Shown: piece by piece, positions 10,419 through 20,040 of the stretch
Layout of the letters: every line of letters begins with the position of its first letter
Numbering within the stretch: position 1 is the stretch's first letter
Source of the DNA: Paracoccaceae bacterium
Lineage (GTDB): Bacteria; Pseudomonadota; Alphaproteobacteria; Rhodobacterales; Rhodobacteraceae
Direction: 5' to 3'
Assembly: GCA_007695345.1 (NCBI GenBank)
Contig: REDZ01000073.1
Location: 9,621 to 73,620 of the forward strand
DNA: 64,000 nt
Made by a program: the position numbers and the translations under genes
The notes under the pieces: model-generated
Told to the model about the DNA's origin: nothing
Seen by the model: only the letters and a program-made list of their open reading frames with translations
Database searches by the model: none

Positions 10419-11195
10419 ATGGCCTATGAAACGCTGATCGTCGAGACTGAGGATCATGTCGCACTGATCCGCCTCAACCGGCCCGAGGCGCTGAATGCGC
10501 TGAACAGCACGTTGTTGGGCGAGTTGGCCGACGCCCTCGCCGCCGCTGATCGCAATGACAAGGTGCGCTGCATTGTCATCACCGGATCGGAGAAGGCCTT
10601 TGCCGCCGGTGCCGACATCAAAGAGATGGCCGAGAAGGGCGCCATCGACATGTTCAGCGCCGATTTCTTCAGCGCCGAGTCCGACGCGCTCTTGCGTGTG
10701 CGCAAGCCGATCATCGCGGCTGTCGCGGGCTATGCGCTGGGCGGCGGGTGCGAATTGGCGATGATGTGCGATTTCATCATCGCGGCTGATACTGCGAAAT
10801 TCGGGCAGCCGGAGATCAACATGGGCATTCTGGCCGGGATCGGCGGCACGCAGCGCCTGCCGCGTCTGGTGGGGCGGTCCAAGGCAATGGACATGCATCT
10901 GACCGGGCGCAACATGCATGCCGAAGAAGCCGAGCGCGCGGGGCTTGTCAGCCGCGTCGTGCCCGCCAAGAAGCTGATCGAAGAGGCGATGGCCGCTGCC
11001 GCCAAGATTGCCGAGAAATCGCAGATTTCCGTCAAGGCGGTCAAGGAAGCGGTCAACCGCAGCGAAGAGACATCGCTGCGCGAGGGGCTGCTGTTCGAGC
11101 GGCGCGTGTTCAACATGATGTTCGCCTCGGATGACCAGAGCGAGGGCATGTCCGCCTTTCTGGAAAAGCGTCAGCCCCAGTTCCGCGATCAATAG
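10419..11195 (+). CDS. Enoyl-CoA hydratase (crotonase family)
   Basis: [57 protein letters not shown]. Confidence 0.85.
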   Translation: MAYETLIVETEDHVALIRLNRPEALNALNSTLLGELADALAAADRNDKVRCIVITGSEKAFAAGADIKEMAEKGAIDMFSADFFSAESDALLRVRKPIIAAVAGYALGGGCELAMMCDFIIAADTAKFGQPEINMGILAGIGGTQRLPRLVGRSKAMDMHLTGRNMHAEEAERAGLVSRVVPAKKLIEEAMAAAAKIAEKSQISVKAVKEAVNRSEETSLREGLLFERRVFNMMFASDDQSEGMSAFLEKRQPQFRDQ

Positions 11196-11355
11196 GCCAG
11201 CCGCGTTTTTCCTGTTTTCTTTTCGGAGCGCTTGCCCTATAGCCTTGCCGCACATGCGCGTGGGCCCGCTTAAGGCATGAATCAGCACTGGTCATCCTGA
11301 CCAGTCGGGTCTGTTGCGCGAAGATATTGTAGCAGACCCGAAAGAAGCGACACCC

Positions 11356-11622
11356 ATGGCAAATACTCCCCAATCCAAGAAGCGCGCACGCCAGATCGAG
11401 CGCCGCACCGCAGTGAACAAGGCACGCCGGTCGCGCATCCGCACCTTCCTGCGCAAGGTCGAAGAGGCGATCACCTCGGGCGACCAGGCCGCTGCACGCA
11501 CAGCATTCCTCGCCGCGCAACCCGAACTTGACCGCGGCGTGACGAAAGGTGTTCTGCACAAGAACACCGTGGCGCGCAAGAAATCGCGCCTGTCGGCCCG
11601 GATCAAGGCGATGGCGGCCTGA
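11356..11622 (+). CDS. rpsT: 30S ribosomal protein S20
   Basis: [27 protein letters not shown]... 88 aa. Confidence 0.9.
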   Translation: MANTPQSKKRARQIERRTAVNKARRSRIRTFLRKVEEAITSGDQAAARTAFLAAQPELDRGVTKGVLHKNTVARKKSRLSARIKAMAA

Positions 11623-11668
11623 ATCCATTGGCGACACGGGCTGCTGCAGCCTGTTGAACCGGTTTGAG

Positions 11669-11698
11669 CAGGGCGCCTTCGGGCGCCCTGTCCTGTTT
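11669..11698 (+). terminator. rpsT rho-independent terminator
   Basis: CAGGGCGCC-ttcg-GGCGCCCTG followed by TCCTGTTT. Confidence 0.7.
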
Positions 11699-12071
11699 GA
11701 AACTGTGGCAGAGCGGCACAGCATATTCGATTCTTTTCCGGCCAATCGTCGGTCAAGTCTGTTGTTCGGTTGCGCGGGTTTTGGTCTGCTTGGTAGTGTC
11801 AGCTCGACTCGTTCGAAACGTGGGGGAACGCAGGCAACAGTCGCGATAGCTGCTTTACCGTGCAATGTTGTCTGGGACATGGTTGCCTGGGGCCGCAGGG
11901 CCGCTCTGCCGAAATGTCTGTGTCATTAACTGTTGTTTAGGTCTGTAGGCCGGGCCTTGGCTGGCTTGCGGTTCTGTGTTTGTGATGCTCGCGCACGGGG
12001 CTCTCCGCCGGGCGTCTGCTCTTTGTAACTTGGGGGCCGGATGAAACAAAAATACGTCGGGTTGGGGTGAT

Positions 12072-13424
12072 ATGGCTGCAGAAACTTGGGCGGGAATTTC
12101 GGATGAATTGCGGCGCGAGGTCGGTGAAAGCAATCACAAGAGCTGGATTGCACCGCTGGAATGCATAGAAATCAATGACGATGTGCTGCGCCTGCGCGCG
12201 CCGTCGCGATTTGTCGGCGATTGGGTGAAGCGGAATTATCACGACCAGATTCTCGCCCATCTCAACCGGTCCGGGCATGGGGTGACACGGGTGGATTTCG
12301 AGTTCGGCGCCGCGCGTGCCAACCCGACCGTCGTATCGCCATCTGTCGCGCCATCGCGCAGCCGGGCGCCCATGGATGACGCGCTGCAGGGCGCGCCGCT
12401 GGACGCAAAGCTGCGATTCGAGAATTTCGTTGTCGGCAAACCCAATGAGCTGGCCCATGCCGCCGCGCGCCGCGTGTCCGAGGGGGGCGAGGTCACGTTC
12501 AACCCGCTGTTTCTGTATGGCGGGGTGGGGCTGGGCAAGACGCACCTGATGCAGGCCATCGCGTGGGAATTGCAGGACAGCCAGCCAGAACTTCAGGTGC
12601 TGTATCTCTCGGCGGAACAGTTCATGTATCGCTTCGTTCAGGCGCTGCGCGACCGGCAGATCATGGATTTCAAGAATCTGTTCCGTTCGGTCGATGTGCT
12701 GATGGTCGATGACGTGCAGTTCATCGCCGGCAAGGACAGCACGCAGGAAGAGTTCTTTCACACCTTCAACGCGCTGGTGGACCAGAACAAGCAGATCGTG
12801 ATTTCCGCCGACCGCGCACCGGGCGAGATAAAGGACCTTGAAGCGAGGATATCCTCGCGGCTGCAATGCGGCCTGGTGGTGGACCTGCACCCCACGAATT
12901 ACGAATTGCGTCTGGGCATCCTGCAACGCAAGGCGGATCTGTTCGCGCAAAGCTATGGCGGGATAAAGATAGACAGAGGCGTTCTGGAATTCCTCGCGCA
13001 TCGGATCGCATCAAACGTGCGCATTCTGGAAGGGGCGTTGCAGCGGCTCTTTGCGTTCTCCAGCCTGATCGGGCAGGAAATCACGCTGGATATGGTGCAG
13101 GACTGCCTGTCCGACATCCTGCGCAGTTCCGACCGCCGCGTGACGGTCGAGGAAATTCAGCGCAAGGTCGCGGAGTATTACAGCATCCGCCTGTCCGACA
13201 TGCTGGGCCCCAAGCGCACGCGGACCATCGCCCGCCCGCGCCAGGTGGCGATGTATCTGTCCAAGGAACTGACATCACGGTCCCTGCCAGAAATCGGTCG
13301 CCGCTTTGGTGGTCGTGACCACACCACGATCCTGCATGGTGTGCGCAAGGTGGAAGAGATGCGCCTGAGCGACACGCAACTGGACGAAGACATCGAATTG
13401 CTGCGCCGCCTGCTGGAAAGCTGA
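12072..13424 (+). CDS. dnaA: Chromosomal replication initiator DnaA
   Basis: Walker A GGVGLGKTHL, AAA+ core, C-terminal DNA-binding domain (...RDHTTILHGVRKVEE). Confidence 0.95.
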   Translation: MAAETWAGISDELRREVGESNHKSWIAPLECIEINDDVLRLRAPSRFVGDWVKRNYHDQILAHLNRSGHGVTRVDFEFGAARANPTVVSPSVAPSRSRAPMDDALQGAPLDAKLRFENFVVGKPNELAHAAARRVSEGGEVTFNPLFLYGGVGLGKTHLMQAIAWELQDSQPELQVLYLSAEQFMYRFVQALRDRQIMDFKNLFRSVDVLMVDDVQFIAGKDSTQEEFFHTFNALVDQNKQIVISADRAPGEIKDLEARISSRLQCGLVVDLHPTNYELRLGILQRKADLFAQSYGGIKIDRGVLEFLAHRIASNVRILEGALQRLFAFSSLIGQEITLDMVQDCLSDILRSSDRRVTVEEIQRKVAEYYSIRLSDMLGPKRTRTIARPRQVAMYLSKELTSRSLPEIGRRFGGRDHTTILHGVRKVEEMRLSDTQLDEDIELLRRLLES

Positions 13425-13536
13425 GCGGCAGGCACAGTCCGGGCGAGAAATGGCTTGTCGTCATGGCAGAAATGGCTAGGCTCACGCTCCCGAGAGGGGG
13501 CGCGGCGCGCCTTGCAGGCTAACAGGGATCGAGGGC

Positions 13537-14655
13537 ATGAAGATCAGCATAGAACGGGCCGTTCTGCTCAAGGCCGTGAGCCAGGCGCAATCGGTGGTCG
13601 AGCGGCGCAACACGATCCCGATTCTCGCCAATGTCCTGATCGAGGCCGAAGACGCGCAGGTCAGCCTGCGCGCCACCGATCTGGATATCGAGGTGCTGGA
13701 CCGCGCGCCCGCCATGGTCGAGCAAGCCGGGGCCACGACAGTATCCGCCGTGCTGCTGCATGATATCGTGCGCAAACTGCCCGATGGCGCGCTGGTGGAA
13801 CTGACCGCAGATGCGCGCACGGGCCGCCTGCAGGTCCGGGCGGGGCGGTCGTCCTTTTCGCTGGCCACCCTGCCGAAAGAGGATTTCCCGGTCATGGCGT
13901 CCAGCGAATACAGCGCCAATTTCTCGGCCGGTGCGAAAGAACTGCGGCGCCTGTTCGACAAGGCGAAATTCGCCATCTCGACCGAAGAGACGCGCTATTA
14001 CCTGAACGGTGTCTACATGCATGTCGCCGAGGCCGAAGGCGGGCGTGCCCTGCGCTGCGTGGCAACGGACGGGCATCGTCTGGCCCGTGTCGATTCTGCC
14101 CTGCCCGAAGGGGCAGAGGCGATGCCCGGCGTGATCGTCCCGCGCAAGACAGTGGGCGAATTGCGCAAGCTTCTGGAAGATGACGAGATGCAGATCGCCG
14201 TGTCGGTTTCGGAAACCAAGGTGCGGTTTGCCACGCCGGACATGACGCTGACGTCCAAGGTGATCGACGGGACATTCCCGGATTACACCCGCGTGATCCC
14301 GACGCAGAACACACGCAAGATGGAAGTGGACGCCGCCGAATTTGCCAAGGCCGTTGACCGTGTGGCAACAGTGTCGTCGGAACGGTCGCGCGCGGTCAAG
14401 CTTGCGCTTGAGGAAGACAAGCTGACCCTGTCGGTCAATGCCCCCGATTCCGGTGCCGCCGAAGAGGAGTTGATCGTCGCCTATGCCGATGAGCGGCTGG
14501 AGATCGGGTTCAACGCGAAATACCTGCTGGAGATTGCCAGCCAGGTGGATCGCGAGAATGCGGTCTTTCTGTTCAACGGCTCGGGCGACCCGACGCTGAT
14601 GCGCGAAGGCGACGATCTGAGTGCGGTCTATGTCGTGATGCCGATGCGCGTGTGA
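13537..14655 (+). CDS. dnaN: DNA polymerase III beta sliding clamp
   Basis: MKISIERAVLLKAVSQAQSVVERRNTIPIL... 372 aa, downstream of dnaA. Confidence 0.95.
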   Translation: MKISIERAVLLKAVSQAQSVVERRNTIPILANVLIEAEDAQVSLRATDLDIEVLDRAPAMVEQAGATTVSAVLLHDIVRKLPDGALVELTADARTGRLQVRAGRSSFSLATLPKEDFPVMASSEYSANFSAGAKELRRLFDKAKFAISTEETRYYLNGVYMHVAEAEGGRALRCVATDGHRLARVDSALPEGAEAMPGVIVPRKTVGELRKLLEDDEMQIAVSVSETKVRFATPDMTLTSKVIDGTFPDYTRVIPTQNTRKMEVDAAEFAKAVDRVATVSSERSRAVKLALEEDKLTLSVNAPDSGAAEEELIVAYADERLEIGFNAKYLLEIASQVDRENAVFLFNGSGDPTLMREGDDLSAVYVVMPMRV

Positions 14656-14667
14656 TCGGGCGGCGAA

Positions 14668-14719
14668 AGCGCCTGCTCGACGTGCCCACCCACCCGCCCC
14701 TGCACGCCTCGCAGGCGCT
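14668..14719 (+). repeat. Nested hairpin with a C-rich loop whose complement is a G-quadruplex motif (family copy 1)
   Basis: Outer stem AGCGCCTGC/GCAGGCGCT, inner stem CGTGC/GCACG, core CCCACCCACCCGCCCC (14685-14700). Confidence 0.6.
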
Positions 14720-14814
14720 GCCCGGCAGTGCCGGGCGGATATAACCGGACACGGCCCTGGCCCAGCAACGGTTTTCCGCTGGCATCCTGCAGCAATAGTT
14801 TCTACCGCTGGCCT

Positions 14815-15909
14815 ATGGTTGTGCATCTTGCCCATCTGACGCTGTCGCATTTCCGCTCGCATCTGCGCACGCGGCTGGTGCTGGACGGGCGCCCGGTCGT
14901 GCTGTCCGGCCCGAACGGGGCGGGCAAGACGAATATCCTTGAGGCTGTCTCGCTCTTCTCGCCCGGTCGCGGGCTGCGTCGCGCCACGCCTGACGAGATC
15001 GCGCGCAAGCCGCAGGCGCTGGGCTGGAAGCTGCGCGCCGGGATCGCCACCCCGGACGGTCCCCGCGCGCTGGAGACATGGGCCGAGCCCGGCAGCACAC
15101 GGCAGGTGCGCATCGATGACAAATCCGCCCCGCAGATCGCGCTGGGATCGGTCATGTCGATGCTGTGGCTGACCCCGCAGATGGATCGGCTGTGGATCGA
15201 GGCGGCAGAAGGGCGGCGGCGTTTTCTGGACCGCATGGTGCTGAGTTTCCTGCCCGGGCATGGGGCCGAGGTGCTGGCCTATGACAAGGCCATGCGCGAA
15301 CGCAACCGCCTGTTGCGCGACGCGGTGGCCGATGGCGGCTGGTATGCAGCGCTCGAGGGCCAGATGGCGCAGGCCGGCGCGCAGATGATCCGCAACCGGA
15401 AGGAAACTCTGACCCTGCTCGCCCGTCATGCGGACCCGGACGGCCCGTTCCCGGTGGCCGATCTGGCGCTTGACTGCGCCGCACCGGACGATGCGGATGC
15501 ATTGGCACAGGTGTTGGCCGAGGGGCGGCGCCGCGACATGGCCGCCGGGCGCAGCCTGAGCGGGCCACACCGTGCCGATCTGGGTGCGGTCTGGGCAGCC
15601 AAGGGGATGCCTGCCGCCCAATGCTCCACAGGTGAGCAGAAGGCGCTGCTGATTTCGCTGATCCTTGCCAATGCGCGCGCGCTCGCGGTCGAGCGTGGCA
15701 TGCCCCCGGTCCTGCTGCTTGACGAGGTGGCAGCCCATCTGGACGCAGACCGCCGTGCGGCCCTGTTCGACACGCTTTGCGGGCTGGGCACGCAGGCATT
15801 TCTGACCGGCACCGGGCGCGAGTTCTTTGCCGGGCTGGGCGCGCGCGCGCAGCATTTCGACGTTACCGAGGCCGAGGGCCTCTCGCATCTGCAGGAGAGC
15901 ACGCCATGA
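14815..15909 (+). CDS. recF: DNA replication and repair protein RecF
   Basis: MVVHLAHLTLSHFRSH start at 14815 and Walker A GPNGAGKTN. The dnaA-dnaN-recF order is conserved. Confidence 0.9.
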   Translation: MVVHLAHLTLSHFRSHLRTRLVLDGRPVVLSGPNGAGKTNILEAVSLFSPGRGLRRATPDEIARKPQALGWKLRAGIATPDGPRALETWAEPGSTRQVRIDDKSAPQIALGSVMSMLWLTPQMDRLWIEAAEGRRRFLDRMVLSFLPGHGAEVLAYDKAMRERNRLLRDAVADGGWYAALEGQMAQAGAQMIRNRKETLTLLARHADPDGPFPVADLALDCAAPDDADALAQVLAEGRRRDMAAGRSLSGPHRADLGAVWAAKGMPAAQCSTGEQKALLISLILANARALAVERGMPPVLLLDEVAAHLDADRRAALFDTLCGLGTQAFLTGTGREFFAGLGARAQHFDVTEAEGLSHLQESTP

Positions 15910-16343
15910 CACTGCCTCAGCAACGCATTACGCTTGTCAGCCTTGGCGTTGCCGATCTGGACCGCGCCTGCGCCTTCTATGCCGCCCTGGGCTGGTCGCC
16001 CACAGTACAGGCGGACGGGATGGCCTGCTATCAGTTGCAGGGGCAGGCGCTGATGCTGTTCGGTCGCGCTGCGCTGGCCGAAGATCAGGGGCGGGCAGAG
16101 GCGGAACTGGGCACCGGCGCGATGACGCTGGCGCAGAATTACACAACGCGCGATGACGTCGATGCCGCCTATGCTCATGCCATCGCGGCGGGTGCGCGCG
16201 CGCTCACGGCGCCCGAGCCGGTTTTCTGGGGTGGCTATTCGGGCTATTTCGCCGATCCTGACGGCCATGTCTGGGAGGTGGCGCATAACCCCTGCTGGCC
16301 GCTCGCGGCCGATGGCAGCCTGACGCTGCCAGAGGCGCCATGA
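15906..16343 (+). CDS. VOC (glyoxalase/bleomycin-resistance fold) family protein
   Basis: 145 aa; sequence includes ...GYSGYFADPDGHVWEVAHNP. ATGA overlap with the recF stop. Confidence 0.7.
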   Translation: MTLPQQRITLVSLGVADLDRACAFYAALGWSPTVQADGMACYQLQGQALMLFGRAALAEDQGRAEAELGTGAMTLAQNYTTRDDVDAAYAHAIAAGARALTAPEPVFWGGYSGYFADPDGHVWEVAHNPCWPLAADGSLTLPEAP

Positions 16344-16960
16344 CTGTCACCGCGCTGGAACTGACGTTTTACGCCGGGGCGATTCTGATCCTGTTCCTGA
16401 CGCCCGGCCCGGTCTGGGTCGCGCTGACGGCGCGCGCGATGTCGGGGGGGGTTGGCTCTGCCGCGCCGCTGGCGGTTGGCGTGGCGCTGGGCGATGCGCT
16501 CTGGCCGCTGGCGGCGATCTTCGGGCTGACCTGGATCCTGTCGATCTATGGCGACCTGCTGGAGGCAATGAAATGGGTCGCGATGGCGATGTTTGTCATC
16601 ATGGGCGCGCAACTTATCCGCCGTGCCGAGGCGCAGCTCTCGACCGATAGCCGGCTGACACGGCCCGGCGCGCTGGCGGGGTTTGCCGCCGGGGTGACAG
16701 TGATCCTCGCGAATCCCAAGGCGATCCTGTTCTATATGGGCGTGTTGCCGGGGTTTTTCGACCTGACACGTGTGACATGGGTGGATGTGGCCGCAATCCT
16801 GGCGGTGTCGGTCACGATCCCGATGACGGGCAATCTGGTGCTGGCATTGGCGATCGACCGGGCACGGGCGCTGTTGCGCTCCGGGCGCGCGCTGGCGCGC
16901 GCGAACCGCGTGGCCGGGGTGTTGCTGATTGCAGTGGGCGTGGGGATCGCGCTGACATGA
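16340..16960 (+). CDS. LysE/RhtB family amino-acid efflux translocator
   Basis: About six TM segments, N-terminal FLTPGPV motif. ATGA overlap with the upstream gene. Confidence 0.8.
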   Translation: MTVTALELTFYAGAILILFLTPGPVWVALTARAMSGGVGSAAPLAVGVALGDALWPLAAIFGLTWILSIYGDLLEAMKWVAMAMFVIMGAQLIRRAEAQLSTDSRLTRPGALAGFAAGVTVILANPKAILFYMGVLPGFFDLTRVTWVDVAAILAVSVTIPMTGNLVLALAIDRARALLRSGRALARANRVAGVLLIAVGVGIALT

Positions 16961-16983
16961 CACCATGACGGGATCGCCCCCGG

Positions 16984-17002
16984 CCCTGCCCAAAGGGCAG
17001 GG
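16984..17002 (+). terminator. Hairpin after the LysE-family gene
   Basis: CCCTGCCC-aaa-GGGCAGGG. No T tract follows. Confidence 0.35.
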
Positions 17003-17005
17003 TCA

Positions 17006-17055
17006 GCGCCCGCGAGCGGGTCATGGGCGGGTGGGTGGGGACCCCGAGCGGGCGC
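17006..17055 (-). repeat. Nested hairpin with a G-quadruplex/C-loop core (family copy 2)
   Basis: Outer stem GCGCCCGC/GCGGGCGC, core GGGCGGGTGGGTGGGG (17025-17040) on the + strand. Abuts the slt stop at 17056. Confidence 0.6.
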
Positions 17056-19038
17056 TTATTGCCCGCGCAGCAGCGCTTCCATCTCGATGGGCTGCGGGCT
17101 GCCGGCAAGGCGGGTGCGATAGATCACCAGTGATTCCGCCACGCGCATGATGTAGTTGCGCGTCTCGGCAAAGGGGACACGTTCGACCCATTCGGTAATA
17201 TCCACCGACGCATCGCGCGGATCGCCCAGACGCGGCACCCATTGCCGGGGGCGGCCCGGCCCGGCATTGTAGCCTGCGGCAACCAGCGCGAGCGATGGGC
17301 CGAATTCGTCGCGCAACTGGTCCAGATAGGCCGCGCCCAGCCGCGCGTTCAGCACCGGGTCACGGGTCAGATCAGCGGCCTGAAACGGGACCCCCAGCCG
17401 ATCCGCCATCATCTGCCCGGTGCCTGGCAGAACCTGCATCAGGCCGCGCGCATCCGCCGGGCTGACCACGGCGATATCAAACTCGCTCTCGCGCCGTGCA
17501 ATTGCCTTGACCAGATCGGTGGGCACCGGCAAATCGGCCTGCGCGAGTTCGGTCAGCGGGAAATAGGCGCGCGGCAGAATGATCTCGGATTGCACGGCGA
17601 TCTTGGCGATGTTCAGCGCGAAATTCGGCTCATCCAGCTCCAGCATCAGATCGGTCAGGGCACCCAGCGTGGCCTCATCCTCGATCTGGCGGGCCAGAAA
17701 CAGCACGAAGCGCCGCGCTTCATGCCATTCGCCGGCCTCGCGCAGCAGCAGCACCGCCTGCAACAGGTCGGAGTCGGCAAGCGCGGTCTCGCGCCAATGC
17801 GGGTAGTCCGGGCCGTTCACCAGGTCTGCGTCCAGCGCCATGCCCAGCCGGTCGGCGGCAAGCTGACCGTAGAACCCGCTCTGATGCTCGGCGGCAAATT
17901 CGAACGCAGCCTGCGCCGTGATCCCGTCGCCCATCGCTTCATGCGCGCGGCCTTCCCAATAGCCTGCGCGGCCCAGACTGATCGGGCTGGAACTGCGCAC
18001 GCGCAGCGCGCGGAAATGACCCAGCGCATCCTCGGGGCGGTCGAGATAGATCAGCGCGATGAAGCCTGCCAGAAATTCCAGATCGACAAAGAACAGGCCG
18101 TCCGCCAGCCCATGCGGCGTGGCGAGGTCATAGGCGCGCTGGTAATCGCCTTCGGCCATCGCCCCGCGCACCAGCACGATGCGGCGCCCGCCCCATGCAT
18201 CCGCCCGCCCCAGACCATTTTCGTGACGCGACTGCGCCAGCATCAGATCGGCAGCGCCATCGCGGTTGCCCGCCGCCATGCGAAACTCGAACCGGTCGCG
18301 CATCAGGCCGGGGTCGTTCTGATGTGAGTCGGGCACAGCGGCGACCAGCGCATCCACGCCGCTGGCGCGTTCCTGCAGTGCGATCCGGGCGCGCGCAACG
18401 TGGCGCTCGGCCTCGGGCAGGCGTTCGATATGGCGCTGCGCAGCCGTGCGGTTGCCGTCCCATAACAGCATGGACACGCGGGCGGCATGATGGGGGGCGA
18501 GCGCGCTGTCGAACTGGCGCAACAGGCGCAGCTCATGTTCACCACTCAGCGGCATGTTCTGCCACAGGGCAACGGCCAGCGCCTCTGCCTCATCCGTGCG
18601 CCCGGCATCCAGTTTGGCGGAAATCTGCGCGATATGTCCGGCTTCGCTGACTGGCTCGTGCGAGTCGAAAAAGGCAAGTATCTCGTCCGTGCCGCGCGTG
18701 GACAGCAGCGCTTCGCCTTCGCGCCGGACCGTGTTGATCAGCGGCCAGTGGCTGCGGCTGTCCAGAAACGCCTGATAATCGGCAAAGCTGCCGCGCCCGT
18801 CGCGCAGTGCCATCCACTGCACGATATCGGCGGCAATCGGCGCGCTGTTCTGCGCCCGCGCCCGTGCCGTGCCCCAGTCGCCCGATTGCGCAGCCGACAG
18901 CGCTGCCGCCAGTTGGCCCGCCGCGCGTGACGGTGGTGGAGAGGTCTGCGCCTGGGCTGCGCCCAATGTCAGGCCCAGCACGACGATCAGTGCCACCAAT
19001 GCCGTTGGGCCTGTGTGCCTACGGGATACCAGAGCCAT
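17056..19038 (-). CDS. Soluble lytic murein transglycosylase (Slt70-like)
   Basis: Signal peptide, long helical superhelical domain, C-terminal SLT domain with the ESEF catalytic motif and GLMQVLPGTG. Confidence 0.85.
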   Translation of the reverse strand: MALVSRRHTGPTALVALIVVLGLTLGAAQAQTSPPPSRAAGQLAAALSAAQSGDWGTARARAQNSAPIAADIVQWMALRDGRGSFADYQAFLDSRSHWPLINTVRREGEALLSTRGTDEILAFFDSHEPVSEAGHIAQISAKLDAGRTDEAEALAVALWQNMPLSGEHELRLLRQFDSALAPHHAARVSMLLWDGNRTAAQRHIERLPEAERHVARARIALQERASGVDALVAAVPDSHQNDPGLMRDRFEFRMAAGNRDGAADLMLAQSRHENGLGRADAWGGRRIVLVRGAMAEGDYQRAYDLATPHGLADGLFFVDLEFLAGFIALIYLDRPEDALGHFRALRVRSSSPISLGRAGYWEGRAHEAMGDGITAQAAFEFAAEHQSGFYGQLAADRLGMALDADLVNGPDYPHWRETALADSDLLQAVLLLREAGEWHEARRFVLFLARQIEDEATLGALTDLMLELDEPNFALNIAKIAVQSEIILPRAYFPLTELAQADLPVPTDLVKAIARRESEFDIAVVSPADARGLMQVLPGTGQMMADRLGVPFQAADLTRDPVLNARLGAAYLDQLRDEFGPSLALVAAGYNAGPGRPRQWVPRLGDPRDASVDITEWVERVPFAETRNYIMRVAESLVIYRTRLAGSPQPIEMEALLRGQ

Positions 19039-19161
19039 AGCCGGTCCTCATTATATCTTGAAACTGCCCGCTTGACGTTCTAACCGGCACGGGACGCGGG
19101 GCAAGACACATTTGCGCAAGCAGGCGCGACCTGATGCATCGCCCCAATGGAGGATGCGCAT

Positions 19162-20040
19162 ATGCAGATCAGAGGGTCCATTCCGGCACTGGTGACCCCG
19201 CTCAAGGATGGCGTGCTGGATATCGACGCGCTGCACGCGCTTGTCAACTGGCAGATCGCCGAGGGGTCGCACGGTATCGTGCCGGTGGGCACGACGGGTG
19301 AGAGCCCCACGCTCAGCCATGCCGAGCATGAGCAGGTGATCGCCGAAGTGGTCAAGGCCGCAGCGGGCCGTGTGCCGGTGATCGCCGGGGCCGGGTCGAA
19401 CAACACGACCGAGGCGATCGGCTTCATGCGCTTTGCCGAACGGGTCGGTGCCGATGCTGCGCTGGTTGTCACGCCCTATTACAACAAGCCCACGCAGGAA
19501 GGGATGATTGCGCATTACACGGCGCTGCATGATTGCTGCGAACTGCCCATCATCATCTACAACATTCCGGGCCGCTCCGTTGTTGACATGACGCCAGAGA
19601 CGATGGCGCGGCTGGCGAAGCTGCCCCGGATCATCGGGGTCAAGGATGCCACTGGCAAGCTGGAGCGCGTGAGCCTGCAGCGCATGGCCTGCGGGCCGGA
19701 TTTCATACAGCTGTCGGGTGAGGATGCGACCGCGCCGGGGTTCAACGCCCAGGGCGGGGTCGGCTGCATTTCGGTCACGGCGAATGTCGCGCCGCGCCTG
19801 TGCGCCGCGTTTCAGGAAGCCAGCCTTGCAGGCGATTATCCGCGGATGATGGAATTGCATGACCAGTTGATGCCGCTGCATGTCGCCATTTTTGCCGAAC
19901 CCGGTCTGGTGGGTGCGAAATATGGCCTGTCGCGTCTGGGCAAATGCCGCGAAGAGGTGCGCCTGCCGCTTGTCGGCCTGACCGATCCGGTCAAGGCGCA
20001 GATGGATGCGGCCATGCGCCATGCCGGACTGATCAATTAG
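19162..20040 (+). CDS. dapA: 4-hydroxy-tetrahydrodipicolinate synthase
   Basis: ALVTPL..., [13 protein letters not shown] at 19162 sits 7 nt after GGAGGA; the ORF-track start at 19147 is less likely. Confidence 0.9.
   Translation: MQIRGSIPALVTPLKDGVLDIDALHALVNWQIAEGSHGIVPVGTTGESPTLSHAEHEQVIAEVVKAAAGRVPVIAGAGSNNTTEAIGFMRFAERVGADAALVVTPYYNKPTQEGMIAHYTALHDCCELPIIIYNIPGRSVVDMTPETMARLAKLPRIIGVKDATGKLERVSLQRMACGPDFIQLSGEDATAPGFNAQGGVGCISVTANVAPRLCAAFQEASLAGDYPRMMELHDQLMPLHVAIFAEPGLVGAKYGLSRLGKCREEVRLPLVGLTDPVKAQMDAAMRHAGLIN

Noticed and set aside
11290-11304. The 15-nt palindromic sequence GGTCATCCTGACCAG is shared between the rpsT leader (11290-11304) and 32089-32103.
   Set aside because: With this base composition I estimate several exact 15-mer coincidences are expected among the roughly 4e9 position pairs in 64 kb. 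Two copies are therefore not significant on their own.
11622-11810. Three GANTC (CcrM) sites upstream of dnaA, considered as a methylation-controlled promoter signal.
   Set aside because: About two sites are expected by chance in 450 bp, so there is no enrichment.
13519-15912. 797-aa ORF antisense to dnaN and recF.
   Set aside because: It overlaps two unmistakable housekeeping genes. The sequence is Arg/Gly/Pro/His-rich with no recognisable motifs, so it is a GC-content artefact.
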